A stretch of DNA of 64,000 bases from Octopus vulgaris (taxonomy: Eukaryota), in assembly GCA_951406725.2 (NCBI GenBank), contig OX597824.1, positions 48,608,001 to 48,672,000 of the forward strand. The letters are read 5' to 3'. Positions within the stretch are counted from its first letter, which is position 1. Each line of letters opens with the position of its first letter. Position numbers and translations under genes: made by a program. Under the pieces are notes generated by a model that worked only from the letters and a program-made list of their open reading frames with translations, was not told the origin of the DNA and ran no database searches. Shown here piece by piece: positions 26,487-41,560 of this stretch.

Positions 26487-27875
26487 ATACAAGATAAGAA
26501 AATGGAGAAATACATCTAAATCAAATATCAATTACCAGATAATACTCAATCACATACTTTATTAAACCACCACATAAGAGACTGTAGGGTTAAACATAAA
26601 AAAGCAGAACAAATCAGTGTACATAAAGGAATGTACATAAAAAAGTGTACATAAAAGAGTAATTTGGTATAATAAGTAGAATATATATAAAAAAGAGAAT
26701 ATAAATATAAGTAAATATAAATATAAGTATAGATTACATCTTACAGCTGTTTCGGCCATGTAGATAAGTATGTCTCATTTTACCAATATTAGCCTTTTAT
26801 GGTAGGTCAATATATAGATATAAATGAGACATTTACAAAAATATCAAAAGGCCTCTTCGGAGATATACAAATACATATGAGTGCATATACTCACACTCCT
26901 ATACATATAAAAATATACATATACATAATGATGTAAATAAATAATGTAAATTAGTAAACATATATATGTTCCACATTCAATGTTTCAGTTTTTCAACTTA
27001 ATATTGTGATAATAAACATACACATATTAGTACCTAGATGCAAATATACATAGTCAATAGTACATTATATTACTTCCTACTAATTTCTAAAGTGTCATTA
27101 AAGTTAGCATCATTATCGTTGTCAATACCATTAATGCTACCATTATTATCATTCATAATATTATTAATAACGCTTACATTAGTATCCAAAGAGGCACATA
27201 TGTATGTCCGGGTTCCAGTTAGTAATTTTCCTTATGACATAAATACACTATTGGATTTGAATTTAAATTATCATTGTCTTCTTCACGGTTGGTCCGCTGA
27301 GAGCCGCCCGACCTCCACCACACCGCACAAGAAAAACATACACATCCACATCCAACTCTAAACCCACACATCCACACAAAAACTACCATAAAAGGCTAAT
27401 ATTGGTAAAATGAGACATACTTATCTACATGGCCGAAACAGCTGTAAGATGTAATCTATACTTATATTTATATTTACTTATATTTATATTCTCTTTTATA
27501 TATATTCTACTTATTATACCACATTACTCTTTTATGTACACTTTTTTATGTACATTCCTTTATGTACACTGATTTGTTCTGCTTTTTTATGTTTAACCCT
27601 ACAGTCTCTTATGTGGTGGTTTAATAAGGTATGTGATTGAGTATTATCTGGTAATTGATATTTGATTTAGATGTATTTCTCCATTTTCTTATCTTGTATT
27701 AGTAATGTGTGGTAAATCATTTTACCTTTGCCCATATAATACAGTAAATGAATTTGATTGTATCGCAATCCTTAACATTTATGTATTAACTTTGTTGGGT
27801 ACTTCACTAGCAGTATATTGGATATATGTTATCCCATGGAGGGTTGCATTTACAACCCCTATCTCAATTTGTACA
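26487..27875. mobile_element. Fold-back PLE-type element with minus-strand hammerhead, inserted in a SINE
   Basis: ~318-bp inverted repeat 26487-26805 / 27383-27699. Minus-strand TATATCT-CCGAAGA-GGCC...GGCC-GAAA-CAGCTG-TA-AGATGTA (26735-26867). Flank ACCAAAGCCTTGTGAGTGGATTTGGTATATATA is duplicated at 26457-26489 and 27915-27947. Confidence 0.8.
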
Positions 27876-28125
27876 TATATATATATATATATATTTATAT
27901 ATAAATATATATATACCAAAGCCTTGTGAGTGGATTTGGTATATATATATATATATATATGTGTGTGTATGTAAGTATGTATGTATGTATGTATGTATGT
28001 ATGTATGTATGTATGTATGTATGTATGTATGTATGGATGGATGGATGGATGGATGGATGGATGTATATATGTATGTATACGAAGAGTGTTGGAAAGTTCC
28101 TGGCTTTGGGTAAAAGAGATCAGTA

Positions 28126-28261
<136 letters not shown>

Positions 28262-28886
28262 AAGAAGAAGAAGAAGAAGAATTACTGGGTTCGATTCATT
28301 CGACTAGAAATTCTTCAAGGTCGCACCCTAGCACCGCCGCAGTCTAATGTCTAAAACATGTAAAAGAGAAAAGAGAAAACGTAAGTAGAGTGGTTACGGA
28401 CAGCGAAACTTCTAAAGAGGGCTCTGATCATTGAACAGAGGGTTTACAAAAATAATAGTAAACAGAGAGAGAAAAAAGAACGATTTCGAAGTTGTGTGAC
28501 CACTGCGATTTGCATATCTTCAAAAAGTGAGTTCATGAAAAATAGCTCGATTGCACCAATGTCGCGAATTTTTATAATTCAGGAAGATGATGATGTACTG
28601 AATAACACACGTAACAATTTTCAATTAATTTTAATTCGGAGAATTCTGTTACAAAAAATGAATTCTTGAATATATATCTCCTATTCTTTGAAAGCCGTTA
28701 AGAGTAACCGTCAACTAAAAGTCATTAATACACGCGCGCGGGTGAAGACGCGCCACGAACTCACATATTCAAACAAATACACACGCATTAAACACACATA
28801 AATAATATATTCATATTTAGCAGAAGCAACACATGAGCACGTATACTTACACACTCACGCACACACGCACATACATACTTACACAT

Positions 28887-28928
<42 letters not shown>

Positions 28929-28929
28929 T

Positions 28930-29122
28930 GACCGCGTGTGTACCGTTGGCGATTTTTTTCCTCCGTCTTCTTTTCTCTGGATCTTTCCTTTTCCTATGTT
29001 TCTGACGAAGAGGTCCGCTCGAAACGTAAAACCCTCCTTCTTCCCTTCTTTCCTGAGCGTCCAATAATACTATATTTGCTCCACGTCCTCGCGTTGTTGT
29101 GTTTTCATGTTTGGATTAACTA
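28930..29122 (+). mobile_element. Short HHR-bearing element between microsatellites
   Basis: GTTT-CTGACGA-A-GAGGTCCGCTC-GAAAC-GTA-AAAC at 28998-29032. Ends TTGGATTAAC(TA)n. Homologous to 45432-45665. Confidence 0.7.
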
Positions 29123-29167
29123 TATATGTATATATATATGTATATGTATATATGTATATATGTATAT

Positions 29168-29253
<86 letters not shown>

Positions 29254-30191
29254 TATATTATGCCACCCTCAAGAAAAAAATCCTTAAGGTAATATGATTT
29301 GTTTCATCTTTGTAAAATTTTTTCAACAATGGAATGAAAAAAATCACCAGGAGAAGCTACAAGAGAATATGTCGATGCTATGGATTATCTCTGTTAGTAA
29401 ATCTGCTGATAATACAGACATTAGAGATATAGAGGTATTTTAGAGTATTAGTATGGTGTCTTTGAAACAATATGATCAATCTGATATTGATTTATTTATC
29501 TCTTCACAATAGTCAGAGAGAAAGACAAGTAAGCGACTGAAAGAGTTAAAGAAAGAGAGAATAAAAATAGAAAGTGAGAAAGAGAGAGAGAGAGGACGGC
29601 ATATAGAAAATGAAACAAAGAAAGACATTAGATGAAACAGCTTGAAAGTTGAAGATATGATATGGTATCTGCCAAAGAAAATCTAATGCTGCTTCCGGTA
29701 TTGGTGGAGATTGGGAAGCTCTACAAGACCCATCCAAAGAAAGATCTTTCGATCTATACAATGGCTGTGATTCAATGTGTCAACAATCAAGATAACTTCA
29801 ATCAGCAGAAATATACAAAAAATACACACAGAGAGACACATATATGTGCGTGCACACACACACACATCCTCCGCACACACATAATATATATATATATATA
29901 TATATATATAAAGATGTGTATATTTTTTTGTTTAACACGTTCATGTACACCCAAGCATGGAGAGACCTCCGGTTGGAAACTGCTTCGAGAGAGAAATTCT
30001 ACTTATAGACAATGTCTGTGAAAAGACAACTTCATGGGCTAGGAATGATGTCATCGGAGCTTCTTGTGGGTCCAATATGCATATATATATATATATAAAG
30101 ACCTTCTACAGGACTTCCTGAAGATTTCTCTTGAATGAAACAGTACTAGTCCTGTAGAAGCTCCTTCTATATAATAAATTAATTTTTAATA

Positions 30192-30253
<62 letters not shown>

Positions 30254-30689
30254 CACACGCGCACGCACACACACACACACATACACACAGATACATAAAA
30301 AAATATCAATTCAGTGCTAACATAGCTGACCATATATTGTTCCGGGTGACAGGAAATAAAAGTCATGATTGTCTTCAAATTTACGCCATTTGTTAGCATC
30401 CATGTTAGTTCCTGAAAATTTCAGCTTCATAACCAATCAGATTTTATGGCCATTAAATTTTTTTTGACAATATCCGAAATTTTCGAAATATTGAATTCCT
30501 TCAAACAAATATCATTGTGAACAAAACTAGTAGGGTTAGCCAGACTAGTTTTAGTTCCATCTTTAACTGCCCACAAAGACATTATTTTTAAAACTACTAT
30601 TACTAGGAACTTAGGAATACTGGAGAGAACTATTTACATATATAGCGTCGTCTTGGATTAATGGGAGCAGAAGAAATATATACATCAGC

Positions 30690-31383
30690 CTCTAAGCTGC
30701 CTGTGAGATGTCAAGGGTGAGGCATATTTGCTGTAAATGGAAAGCACTACCATAGAATGAGCAGAATTCGGTGCAGTTAGCTAACATGCTGGTAACTTTC
30801 ATGCAACACTTTTGAAATGCCAGCGAAATTTCGGTGCCAGTTAATCACTAAAGGAATTCTGTCATCTATTGTACTGTGTTTGCTAAAATTATGCGTGATG
30901 GCTTGACTATCTTTGCTAATCTTAGCTATTTCATCTGCTATTTCCTTTAATCGTGATTCACTGTAACCGCGTTGATATAATAATGTACAAAAGCATTTAC
31001 ATGTTTCCAGTAATCCCCTGTGTCAGTAAAAATCGTTTTATCCTAAAAAATTGGAATTTCGGATTTGACCGAATGATATTATGTGGATGGTCAGAGCGGC
31101 GGTGAAGGTAAATGTGGGATGACGTGGGCTTGCAAAATAACTCGGTCACTATTCTGCCTACAAAAAACTTAACTTTTGAGTCCAGTTTTTGAAAAACTAT
31201 ACGTAAATTCTACGTTGGACTTAACGCCATAGTTTTTAGCATAACAGTCACAGAAATGCAAGAAGTCAATTAAACTATCCTGTAATCCTTCCCAGACAAA
31301 AAGGACGTCATCAATGAACCGTAACCAGAGTGTTGGTTCATGACCATGAATGGATTTGAATGTCTTCAGTAACTGTGTCACAT
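30690..31383 (-). mobile_element. Degenerate Penelope-like RT fragment
   Basis: PTLWLRFIDDVLFVW (RT catalytic motif), then TELFCKPTSSHIYLHRRSDHPHNIIRS...FFRIKR, the PLE thumb motif KPT...YL...S.HP. Confidence 0.8.
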
Positions 31384-32546
31384 TCAAATTCTGAGTTCAA
31401 ATTCCGCCGAGGTTGATTTGCTTTCTTCCTTTAGGGGTTGATGAAATAAGTACCAGTTACGCACTGGGGTCGATAAAATTAGGAGCAGTTGAGTACTGGG
31501 GCCCAAATTTTCAGGCCTTGTAGAAAGGATTATCGATAGAGCAGTCTCTGACAGTATCTTCAACGTGACAGAGAAAATACTTAGCGGCATAACTTCCATG
31601 CTTTCGGAGATTCGCCAACACTACACTTGATTTTCTCCCCTCCATACACACGCAAGCATGTATCTGACTCATACACTGTTCGCTTCCCAGACATTTGTAT
31701 ATTACTGCATATACTTTATACGCACTTTTTGACAAGTTGTGGTGCACCTGAGCACTGTATACAATAATTTCATTATTATTATTATATTATTATTATTTCT
31801 TCCGAATCTTTCTCAGTTCAATTCCCGCCGAGTTCAACATTATCTTTCAAACTTTCGGAATCGATAAAATAAGTACCAGTCAAGTTCTGAGGTCGATGTA
31901 ATCAAACTCCCTTCCCAAAATTTCAGAATTTGTGTCCTATATCAGAGAGAATTATAATAAGGTTGCGATCTGACAGCATTGTTGGCGCGACGGAAAAATT
32001 GCTTAGCCGCATTTCTTTCGGCTCCACGTTCTTACTTTAACTTCTGACGAGATCAACGTTGCTTTTCATCTTTTTGGGGTCGATAAAATAAAGTATCAGT
32101 TACAAAATATTAAAAATTATCCATTTAAAACATATTTAGAACCACTGTGATATAATTTCTGATTGAAACTCACAGAAAGGAAGAGAAAGAGAAGGGTAAG
32201 TTGTATGCTCTGCTACCTAATATACCATTTGAATCTATTTGTGCTCTCTGAGTTGACTTATAAACAGCATGTAGATATCTCAAATATTCGGTCTGTTGGT
32301 GTATATTTCTCAATACATAGACGGACAATAATTTCGTGAATACATCACAAAATAACAGAAGACATTGTTGAGCTTTTTACTTTCGAGAGAATAAAACCGA
32401 ATTAACCGCATTGTAAAACATCTGATCCGACTGTCTACACAATACGTCAGCGACATAGACATAGAAATAGAAAAAAATATAGTTCTAACCAATAACAAAA
32501 GGAAAAAAAGTCTACATATATATATATGTGTGTGTATGTGTGTATG

Positions 32547-32637
<91 letters not shown>

Positions 32638-32860
32638 AATATATATATATATTGACATATATATATATATATACATATATACACACACACATATATACAC
32701 ATACATACATAAATATATATACATATAAATATATATGTATATATGTATATATATGTATAACATATATATATATATACATATATATGTATATATATATACA
32801 TACATACATATATATGTACATATATATATAGCATGTATATGTGTATATATATATGTATAT

Positions 32861-32931
<71 letters not shown>

Positions 32932-32953
32932 TATATATATATATATATATGTA

Positions 32954-32988
<35 letters not shown>

Positions 32989-33200
32989 TCATATACAGTA
33001 TACATTTTGTCTTTTAATCTTCAGCACATACAAGGAATCTTTCCTATCTGTTTGTCCTTCATGCTTTCCCAGATTTTCTTCTTATGTTCTCTTCTTCTTT
33101 GTATAATGTGTATAGATACATGTATTCATTATTGATTCATCCACATCTGACTATGGGCATGTGTCTGATTTTGTGTACATACACACTCGCACACAAGCAA

Positions 33201-33240
<40 letters not shown>

Positions 33241-33446
33241 GCACACACATATATGTATATATATATGCGCAAACGTGCGTGTGGGCGTGTGTGTGTATAT
33301 GTGCATGCGTACTCATACACGCATATATATGCAAAATTGTGACTGCAGCGACGCAATAGTAAGACATCGGAATATCACTTTATACTTGACAGTGTATAGC
33401 TATATACGCATGTAATGGTAACACGCATAAATATATGCATATGTGC

Positions 33447-33487
<41 letters not shown>

Positions 33488-33497
33488 TAAAATTATA

Positions 33498-33544
<47 letters not shown>

Positions 33545-33934
33545 TAGATAGATAGATATATATGCATATACATGTATGTATATGTATGTATGTAATATAT
33601 GTATGCGCGTATGTGTGTGTATTATAATACATATATATATATATATGTACGTATGTATATATGAATGCACTTTTCTATAAATATGTGTGAGAGTAGTCTA
33701 TCTTCTGCTCTGACATTTAAGTGAGACCGGACCTACTATGTCTTCCCCATACACACATACAGTCTCACCCTCGTTATCTATTCTTCTTGCATTCAGGAAT
33801 ACATGCGTACTGAAGTACACGCAAACATACATAGATATGTGTACATGCATTTGTGTGTATGTGTATATGCATACGAAAATACATGTATACAAACATACAT
33901 ACATATATGTATATAAATATATGTATATACATAC

Positions 33935-34031
<97 letters not shown>

Positions 34032-34329
34032 TGTTATCTATGCTTTATATAATTGCAACAATTGCAAAGAAGCATGTGTATCAGAAGGTGGATTGAAATG
34101 TGATATGATGCCTCAACAAAAACAACACTGTAACTCCTACTGCAAGAGAATGTTTGGTGCTTTTGTACGGAAGAGAGTCCCTAGCAGGATAAAATGACAC
34201 ATCCACGCTACCCATATTTAAAATGAGTAATGCCATCGCTTGATAGCATTACTGAAAATCGAGTCGCATCCCTCATATAATTCATATATTTATGTGTGCG
34301 TGTGTGTGTGCATAAAACGATAAACGTCG

Positions 34330-34626
34330 CCCTTTTGAAGCCTAGCTAGGCTCATGGGCCCGGTTTCCTGGTTTCTGTGGCCTATGTGTTCCGCCCAGCT
34401 GGACGGGACGCCTGTCCATCGCAGCGTTACTCAAGAAACAGGAAGAGAGAGTGAGAGAAAGTTGTGGCGAAAGAGTACAACAGGTGTCTCCACCACCTCC
34501 TGCCAGAGCCTCATGGAGCTTTTAGGTGTCTTCGCTCACTAAACACACACAACGCCTGGTCTGGGAATCGAAACCGCGATCCTCCGACCGCGAGTCCGCT
34601 GCCCTAACCACTAGGCCATTGCGCCC
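34330..34626 (-). mobile_element. tRNA-derived SINE family D
   Basis: RC: GGCGCAATGGCCTAGTGGTTAGGGCAGCGGACTCGCG...GGTTTCGATTCCCAGACC... with tail GCCACAGAAACCAGGAAACCGGGCCCATGAGCC. Second copy at 52055-52357. Confidence 0.8.
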
Positions 34627-35626
34627 CCCACCCCCATATATATATATAGACATATGCACACGCACACATGCATACACACTTACACAAATACATACGCGTG
34701 TACATGTATAATGTCCTATTTCTTTTGCTGCAGACGAACAACGATATAAGATGGCGCGTACCGGCACGCGTCAGTACAACACAATAGAGAATGAGAAAAG
34801 AGCTTCATACGCGCGCGCGACACATACACGCATACGCATGCATGTACGCACACACGAAGACTTAATAGCTCAGCGGTATTAAATAATGAGTTTCCACAGA
34901 AACGTCTACGTAAACTGCTATTGTTAAACGCTTGGACAAGCTTGAATAAAGCGCAATTTAGACGAGTTCTTCACATTGCGTCGTATAAAGACGTTGTATT
35001 TGGCAATAAGACACGAAAGCTATGAAAACCGGCCTGTATCGTGTTTGTCAACAGATTTGCAAACAATTTCATGAATTAAGGGTCAAATTATTTACAATAA
35101 ATTCAAATGATATCCTTTGTGTATAGTTTCAGCATTAGTTCGTGTCTTCATAATTTTCATTCTTCTTTTTTTATTCTATATATTTTTGTAAAAGGATTTT
35201 GTTTTTGTTTTTTCCAGTGTACTCTAGTATAATTCTTTTGTATTTCAATTTGCTTCGTTTCGTTAACCATTTCTATTTTTATTCTTTACTTCAATACTGC
35301 TGGCCCGAACAGTTTGTAGACATCAGTGACAGAATTTCAATAAACAGTTGTAAGAATTTGTTTGCCTCAGTGATATTGCGTGTGAAATATAGCTATATGT
35401 ATCTCTCATTTTCTGTACATATATGATTATACACCCATACACACAAACACACATCACGCACACACGCGCACATACATACACGCACACACAGACACATTCA
35501 CGCACATAAAGTATATATGTGGATACAAGCGCTAATATATGATTTATAAAAACATATGACATATTAATAATAATCTGTAAATATAAAACCATCCAAATTT
35601 CTGAGTACCTTATTTCTTCTAATATG

Positions 35627-35663
<37 letters not shown>

Positions 35664-36145
35664 TAATCAAAATGTTCAGTATTATATATCCATTACGGCC
35701 GATCTTAGCAATCGGTTTCCGAGGCTACCTCTGAAGAGGACAGTGTTATATAATCGGACTGTTACCTAACACTCCATTGAACCCCTAGTGCGAAACTGCT
35801 TGCTAAGATTGGCCGTAAGGGATATATAATACTGTGCACTTCGGTTAATATATCCACTCTATATGATAGATATACGAGCACATTTTTCTTGACTCTTAGA
35901 CGACTTATACACACACACAGACATACACACACACACACACACAGATACATTTATATATATGAACATATATATACATAGATACATCAGAAAAAGGTCAATC
36001 AAGAATTGCCATTTAAAAGGGATAATACTGGGGGAGTCCAAGCATAGCCACAACCGTTGGGTTAAAACGCATAAAAGAATATGTGTGTTTGTGCGTGTGT
36101 GTGTGTATGAGTGTGTGTGCGTGCGTGTGTGTGCGTGCGTGCATA

Positions 36146-36208
<63 letters not shown>

Positions 36209-36810
36209 TTGCATACCCACGTTGAACAATGAGAGAATGTTCAATACATTTTGTAGACTACATGGTCAATTAAAATTGAACATTTTACACGTGAGTCCAC
36301 TTTCACACCACTGCCATCTTCATTCCTCGCCTGAACACCGCAATGGCGGGAAAGTCGGGTTGCAAGATAATAATTCAGTTTCAATAAACCATCCATACGT
36401 TCGTACATGCATCCATACATTCATATACACTTTCATACACATACAGATATCCATACATACACACACATATACATATGCATATATATACATATGCATACAC
36501 ACACACGCAGGCGCACACACAAACACATGTATATGTATGTCTGTAGTATATATGCATGCGTGTGTATGCATCCGATCTATATGGTAGGGAATTTTCCAGC
36601 TGATTTGGTCTTACCTGACACATGAAAAGTGCCTCACAAAATCAAGGTGCTGTACAGAATGAGCACTCAGTTACAAAATATGAATACCAATGCCATAACA
36701 AAAAATATCGTTACTTTCCGGATTTAAGAGACATTGCAGGTCCGATGGTCACTGAAAAAAGAAAGCTTGATAATGATGGCCATGCTTGTCAAACGAGACG
36801 AACAGCCATC

Positions 36811-36841
<31 letters not shown>

Positions 36842-37007
36842 TGTATGTATGTATGTATGCATGTGCGCATGTATGTATATATGTATGTATGTATATATGT
36901 ATGTATGCATGTATGCATGTATGTATGCATGTATGTATGCATGTACGTATGCATGTACGCATGTATGTATATATGTATGCATGTATGTACCTACGTATGT
37001 ATGTATG

Positions 37008-37530
37008 TACGAGGTCTGATCACAGAGTAAAATCGTTCGGCACAAATTGACCTTGAACTCTGCTTTGCATATGCACTAAGTTTTAGCGTTCTAACTTACT
37101 TCCGCTGTTGACTGCAGTGCTTTCAAGGCAGGTGTGTAATGTGAGATCGTCGCATTGACCATGACAGAAAAAGTTTTCAAGGTGATAACTGCTCAGAGGC
37201 TTACATAAAGTTGCAGATTGTGTATGTGTTGCACAAAAGTGTACTAGTGTTTCAGACGTTTCCAAGATGGCCGAAAAAATGTCGATATTGACGAACGCTC
37301 TGGGTGACCCGCAACAAGCAGAACTGAGAAAAACATCGCAGATGTGCATACAACTGCGAAGGGATATCGTCGAATCACCATCCGTGAGTTATCAGGTTCA
37401 GTCCACTATCACTGAAGATTTAAGTATGAGACGAGTATCTGCCAAGTTTGTGCCGAAAACCGCTTTCAGCTGACCAAGAAGACATTCAGGTTTCAGCTGC
37501 ACAAGATCTCCTTGATTGTGTCGAAAATCA
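37008..37530 (+). mobile_element. Mariner transposase 5' fragment
   Basis: TACGAGGTCTGATCA terminus. Frames give FQDGRKNVDIDERSG*P and EDLSMRRVSAKFVPK (WVP-equivalent motif). Confidence 0.7.
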
Positions 37531-37786
37531 GTGCAAACTCATAAGATACACCCACCTTCACGCCACCCCACACATATATAAGTGGTCTGATCAATCAGTA
37601 TCCGGACTGTTGCTATAGTAACGAAGCTAAAACACGTATTAGTGGGATGTTGCGCATCATATTGTGTTGCATCAATTTTGCAGTCTGGATCACATCATAC
37701 ATAAAGTGGTGTTTCGCTAAAATTGCTGATTTGGGGCGGTCATGTTATTTGCTCACTTCAGTTAGTGAATGAAGCATCGCTACAAT

Positions 37787-38329
37787 TGTAAAGCGCCGAA
37801 GACAGTGGGTAGGGAAAGGAGAAACATCGGTACCCCAGGCTAAAGAAAGTCTTCACCCACGGAAGGTGTTGTTATCTGTTTGGTGGGATATGAAAGGTTT
37901 ATTCCACTTTGAACTTTTAAACCCAAACCAAACAATAACAAAGGAGATGTAATACAAGCAGCTTGAATGGCTTAAGTCAGCGCTAGAAGAAAAAGCTGGA
38001 GCAGTTTGAATGGGTAACGATGTCGCACCCAACATATTCGCCGGACATTGCCCTATCTGATTATCATTTCTTCCGCAGTCTTCAAAATCATTTGGACGGA
38101 AAAAATAAGAAATCTGTAGACGAGGTCTGAATAGTACTGGAAGAGTATTTTTCATCACGGACAAGTGAATTTTGGAAGTGGGGCCTTACAAGTCTACCAG
38201 ATAGACGGAAGAGCATTGTAGAAAATAAAGGAGAGTATATTTTCAATTAAAAAAAGAACTTTGTTTATCTTTAATTTTGAAAAAAAAAGAAGTATAAAAA
38301 AACTGCATTATTTATGGGATGACTCAATA
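37787..38329 (+). mobile_element. Mariner 3' half (same family as 22701-23470) with right TIR
   Basis: VKRRRQWVGKGE...LHPRKVLLSVWWDMKG...HPTYSPDIA.SDYH (YSPDLAP motif). Ends TGCATTATTTATGGGATGACTCAATA. Confidence 0.85.
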
Positions 38330-38556
38330 TATAAATGTATATATGTATACATACACACACCTACCTGCATTAAGTATATATATATATTTAATGTATATGT
38401 TTAATGTATGTACGTGTGTGTGTATATATACATACATACACACATACACACATGCATACTTGCATACATACACTCATAGATACATACATACACTCATACA
38501 TACATACACTCATACATACATACATACATACATACATACATACATACATACATACA

Positions 38557-38587
<31 letters not shown>

Positions 38588-39069
38588 GTGCGTATGCATA
38601 TAAGTGTAAGCGTCACGCGCAAGCGAGTATGTTCCCGGAACATGTACCGCACATTTGCTAACTGTTTCAGGAGTTAATATAGTCGCGAGTAGACACAGAC
38701 GTAATTTAGTTTCTCCCACTCTTGATGCAGAGTCATATCAAGAATGTGACAGGTGGAAAAAGAAAGGGTTGGTACTCGCTTTCTGCCGAGTAGACTGTGG
38801 CATCAAGAAATGAACTGCCTTACTCAGGGACACAATGCGAACTTATAATCAACTGCAAGACCAATACCCTAAACACCAGGACACGTCCTTTCACAACACG
38901 TGCGTGCACATATATACAGTGTTTATATGTGTTTGTGTGTGTGTAGGAAAGTTTATACGTATATATGTATGCTATTACATAAAATAAACAAATATGTATA
39001 TATATATATATCAGACATATACTTGTGGGTTCGAGACGGATAAATCCTCAGAAATGTAAATAGATAGAC

Positions 39070-39126
<57 letters not shown>

Positions 39127-39807
39127 TGTTTCTTTATTACCACACAGGGCTGCACACAGATAGAACAAATTACAAGGTAGAGCTTTTCTTTTGAAGGTTT
39201 AAGAAAGAAAAAAAAAAAAAAAAAAAAGAAGGGGGAGATCAAAAGGGATCAAAAGGAGAGAAAGAGGACAAAAAAGGGGGTTTAAAAAAAAGGGGGAGGA
39301 AAAAATTGATCAATAGGGATCGTTATCACAGAAATATCAATATGAAGTGTAAGGGGAGGACAGTGAGGTTTATGCAAAGAAAAGCCTACGGAAAAGACCA
39401 CGGTAACCTCGGTCAATGATGTCACATTTTATATTTCTTTTTTTTTTTTTGCAAATAAGCAACTCTCTGTTTTCGAGATAGATAGTCATTCATACGTGCC
39501 ATTCTTGCTACATTCACCCAACTCCTCGTCGACGTCCAGGTTCGCCCCGAGCTCGTCGTCGTACCTCCCCTCCACTAAACCCCTATAGAATGCTTTGGTT
39601 GTGTTGAAGTCACTTAAGGTCGACCCAGGACGGCAGAGTTGCTTGAGAGCAACGCGACACTCGCGGTGCCATTCGCCCTTCCTCGGCCTCTTTTTGATCC
39701 ACGACTGCAGTTCGGTCATGGAGATGAGCTGCGGGAAAGCGTGCCTCACAAACGGCGACCACACCTGTTCACCGTCGTCTACATAGAGCCAGAGATGCCG
39801 CAGTCTC
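39127..39807 (-). mobile_element. 5'-truncated Tx1-like LINE inside (GATA)n
   Basis: Coding-like LRLRHLWLYVDDGEQVWSPFVRHAFPQL...TTKAFYRGLVEG, pyrimidine-rich 3' UTR, AATAAAGAAACA end. (GATA)n on both flanks. Confidence 0.65.
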
Positions 39808-39811
39808 AGAC

Positions 39812-39897
<86 letters not shown>

Positions 39898-40325
39898 TGA
39901 CATTGCAAATAAAGAGAACAAGCATATTGAAATGCGCTAAACATCTGCAATTCTTTAAGTCATATTAGCCATGTGACGGCACTGTCTGCAAGAACCGTTG
40001 CAATTTAAAATGCAATTGTTTCGTTGCCTCCAGAGGTTTACTAATGCAGTTTTTTTAACAATTCCAAGCTAGATGAAACACTTTACTTTGTGAAAACCCA
40101 ATTTCTTACGAAATGTGTTTTTGTATTACGATTGCTTCAATAATTTCTCTCATTTCTGATATTAACAAAGACACTTCACAGTGTAAGGCAATTTTTCTTT
40201 GATACCTGTCATGTCTCTCTTTCTACCCCTCTCTCTAACTCTCTTGTGTATGTTAATATATCTATCTACCTATCTATCTCTCTGTATGTCAGTCTGTCTG
40301 TTAGTCTATCTATCTATATCTAGCT

Positions 40326-40356
<31 letters not shown>

Positions 40357-40388
40357 TATCTGTCTATCTATCTATCTATATATCTATG

Positions 40389-40447
<59 letters not shown>

Positions 40448-40448
40448 T

Positions 40449-40495
<47 letters not shown>

Positions 40496-40504
40496 ATCTA
40501 TATC

Positions 40505-40543
<39 letters not shown>

Positions 40544-40563
40544 AAATGAGTAACAATAATGTA

Positions 40564-40802
40564 CAGGTATCAATTCATTATGACCGTTTCAAGCGACTCC
40601 TTTAATCGATTATTGAAAACATATTTACATTGTAAATATTTTGAGTTCTATTATCGATGTTAATATGTTAAGGAAAACGCTGTATCCTTTATGTTTGAAG
40701 TCTATACGGTCATTTGACGAGAACGGTTTCTTTCAAATGATGTAGTGTTTTCATTGTCAATTAATGGGGTCGCTTGAAACGGCCGTAATGAATTGACATC
40801 TG
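40564..40802. mobile_element. Tc1/mariner-type MITE
   Basis: ~60-bp imperfect TIRs CAGGTATCAATTCATTATGACCGTTTCAAGCGAC / GTCGCTTGAAACGGCCGTAATGAATTGACATCTG, with TA on both sides. A related end lies at ~11950-11995. Confidence 0.8.
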
Positions 40803-41085
40803 TACATCTTTGTTATTCATTTATATTTTATTCACCTAACTTCGAATCTGCACTTCGGAAAGACTATGGAAAGTACCATTATAAAAACTACATGCCAGAA
40901 TTACCAAGCGCTGATATCTTTCACTTAGCTGAGTTCCTGCACACGCGGCAGGAATATCAGGTACGAAGACCTATGCACGGAGTCTTGATATTCAATATTC
41001 AATTAATGGTGTTTGGGTGTGCAGATTTATATTGACCTAGCAAGGTGCCTCAATTTAGGTATCTAATTCAATGGAATCTTCATTA

Positions 41086-41157
<72 letters not shown>

Positions 41158-41177
41158 GTCTATCTATCTATCTATCT

Positions 41178-41466
41178 GTCACTGTAATGTGTTTTTTTTA
41201 TGACAATGACAATATTGGTCAAGGTTGCTGTGGTGTTTTCCGTAAGCTTTTTTTCCATGGATAAGCCAAATCTGTTTTACCTTTTATACGATGAAATTGC
41301 TGTGATACACGATCCCTATTGATCGTCCCTTTTTTTTTTACGATCTCTTTTGATCGAATATCTACCCCACCTTTTTTCTTTCTTTCCTTCCTCTTCCCCA
41401 AAACAAAAGATCTACTTTGTATTTTGTCCCCTCTGTGTTCACCCCTGAGTAGCCAATAAAGAAACA
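41178..41466 (+). mobile_element. 3' UTR-only copy of the same Tx1-like family inside (TATC)n
   Basis: Homologous to the RC of 39127-39430 (GG(T/C)..TGTGGT.TTTTCCGTA, CTGTGATA..CGATCCCTATTGATC). Identical AATAAAGAAACATATCTATC junction. Confidence 0.7.

Positions 41467-41560
<94 letters not shown>

Noticed and set aside
29600-29810. Coding-looking stretch (SNAASGIGGDWEALQDPSKERSFDLY)
   Set aside because: Stops in all frames nearby, no recognisable family and no clear splice sites.
32310-33135. Many 60-230 aa [16 protein letters not shown] ORFs across the window
   Set aside because: Translations of (TA)n, (TG)n, (TATC)n and (CATA)n microsatellites.
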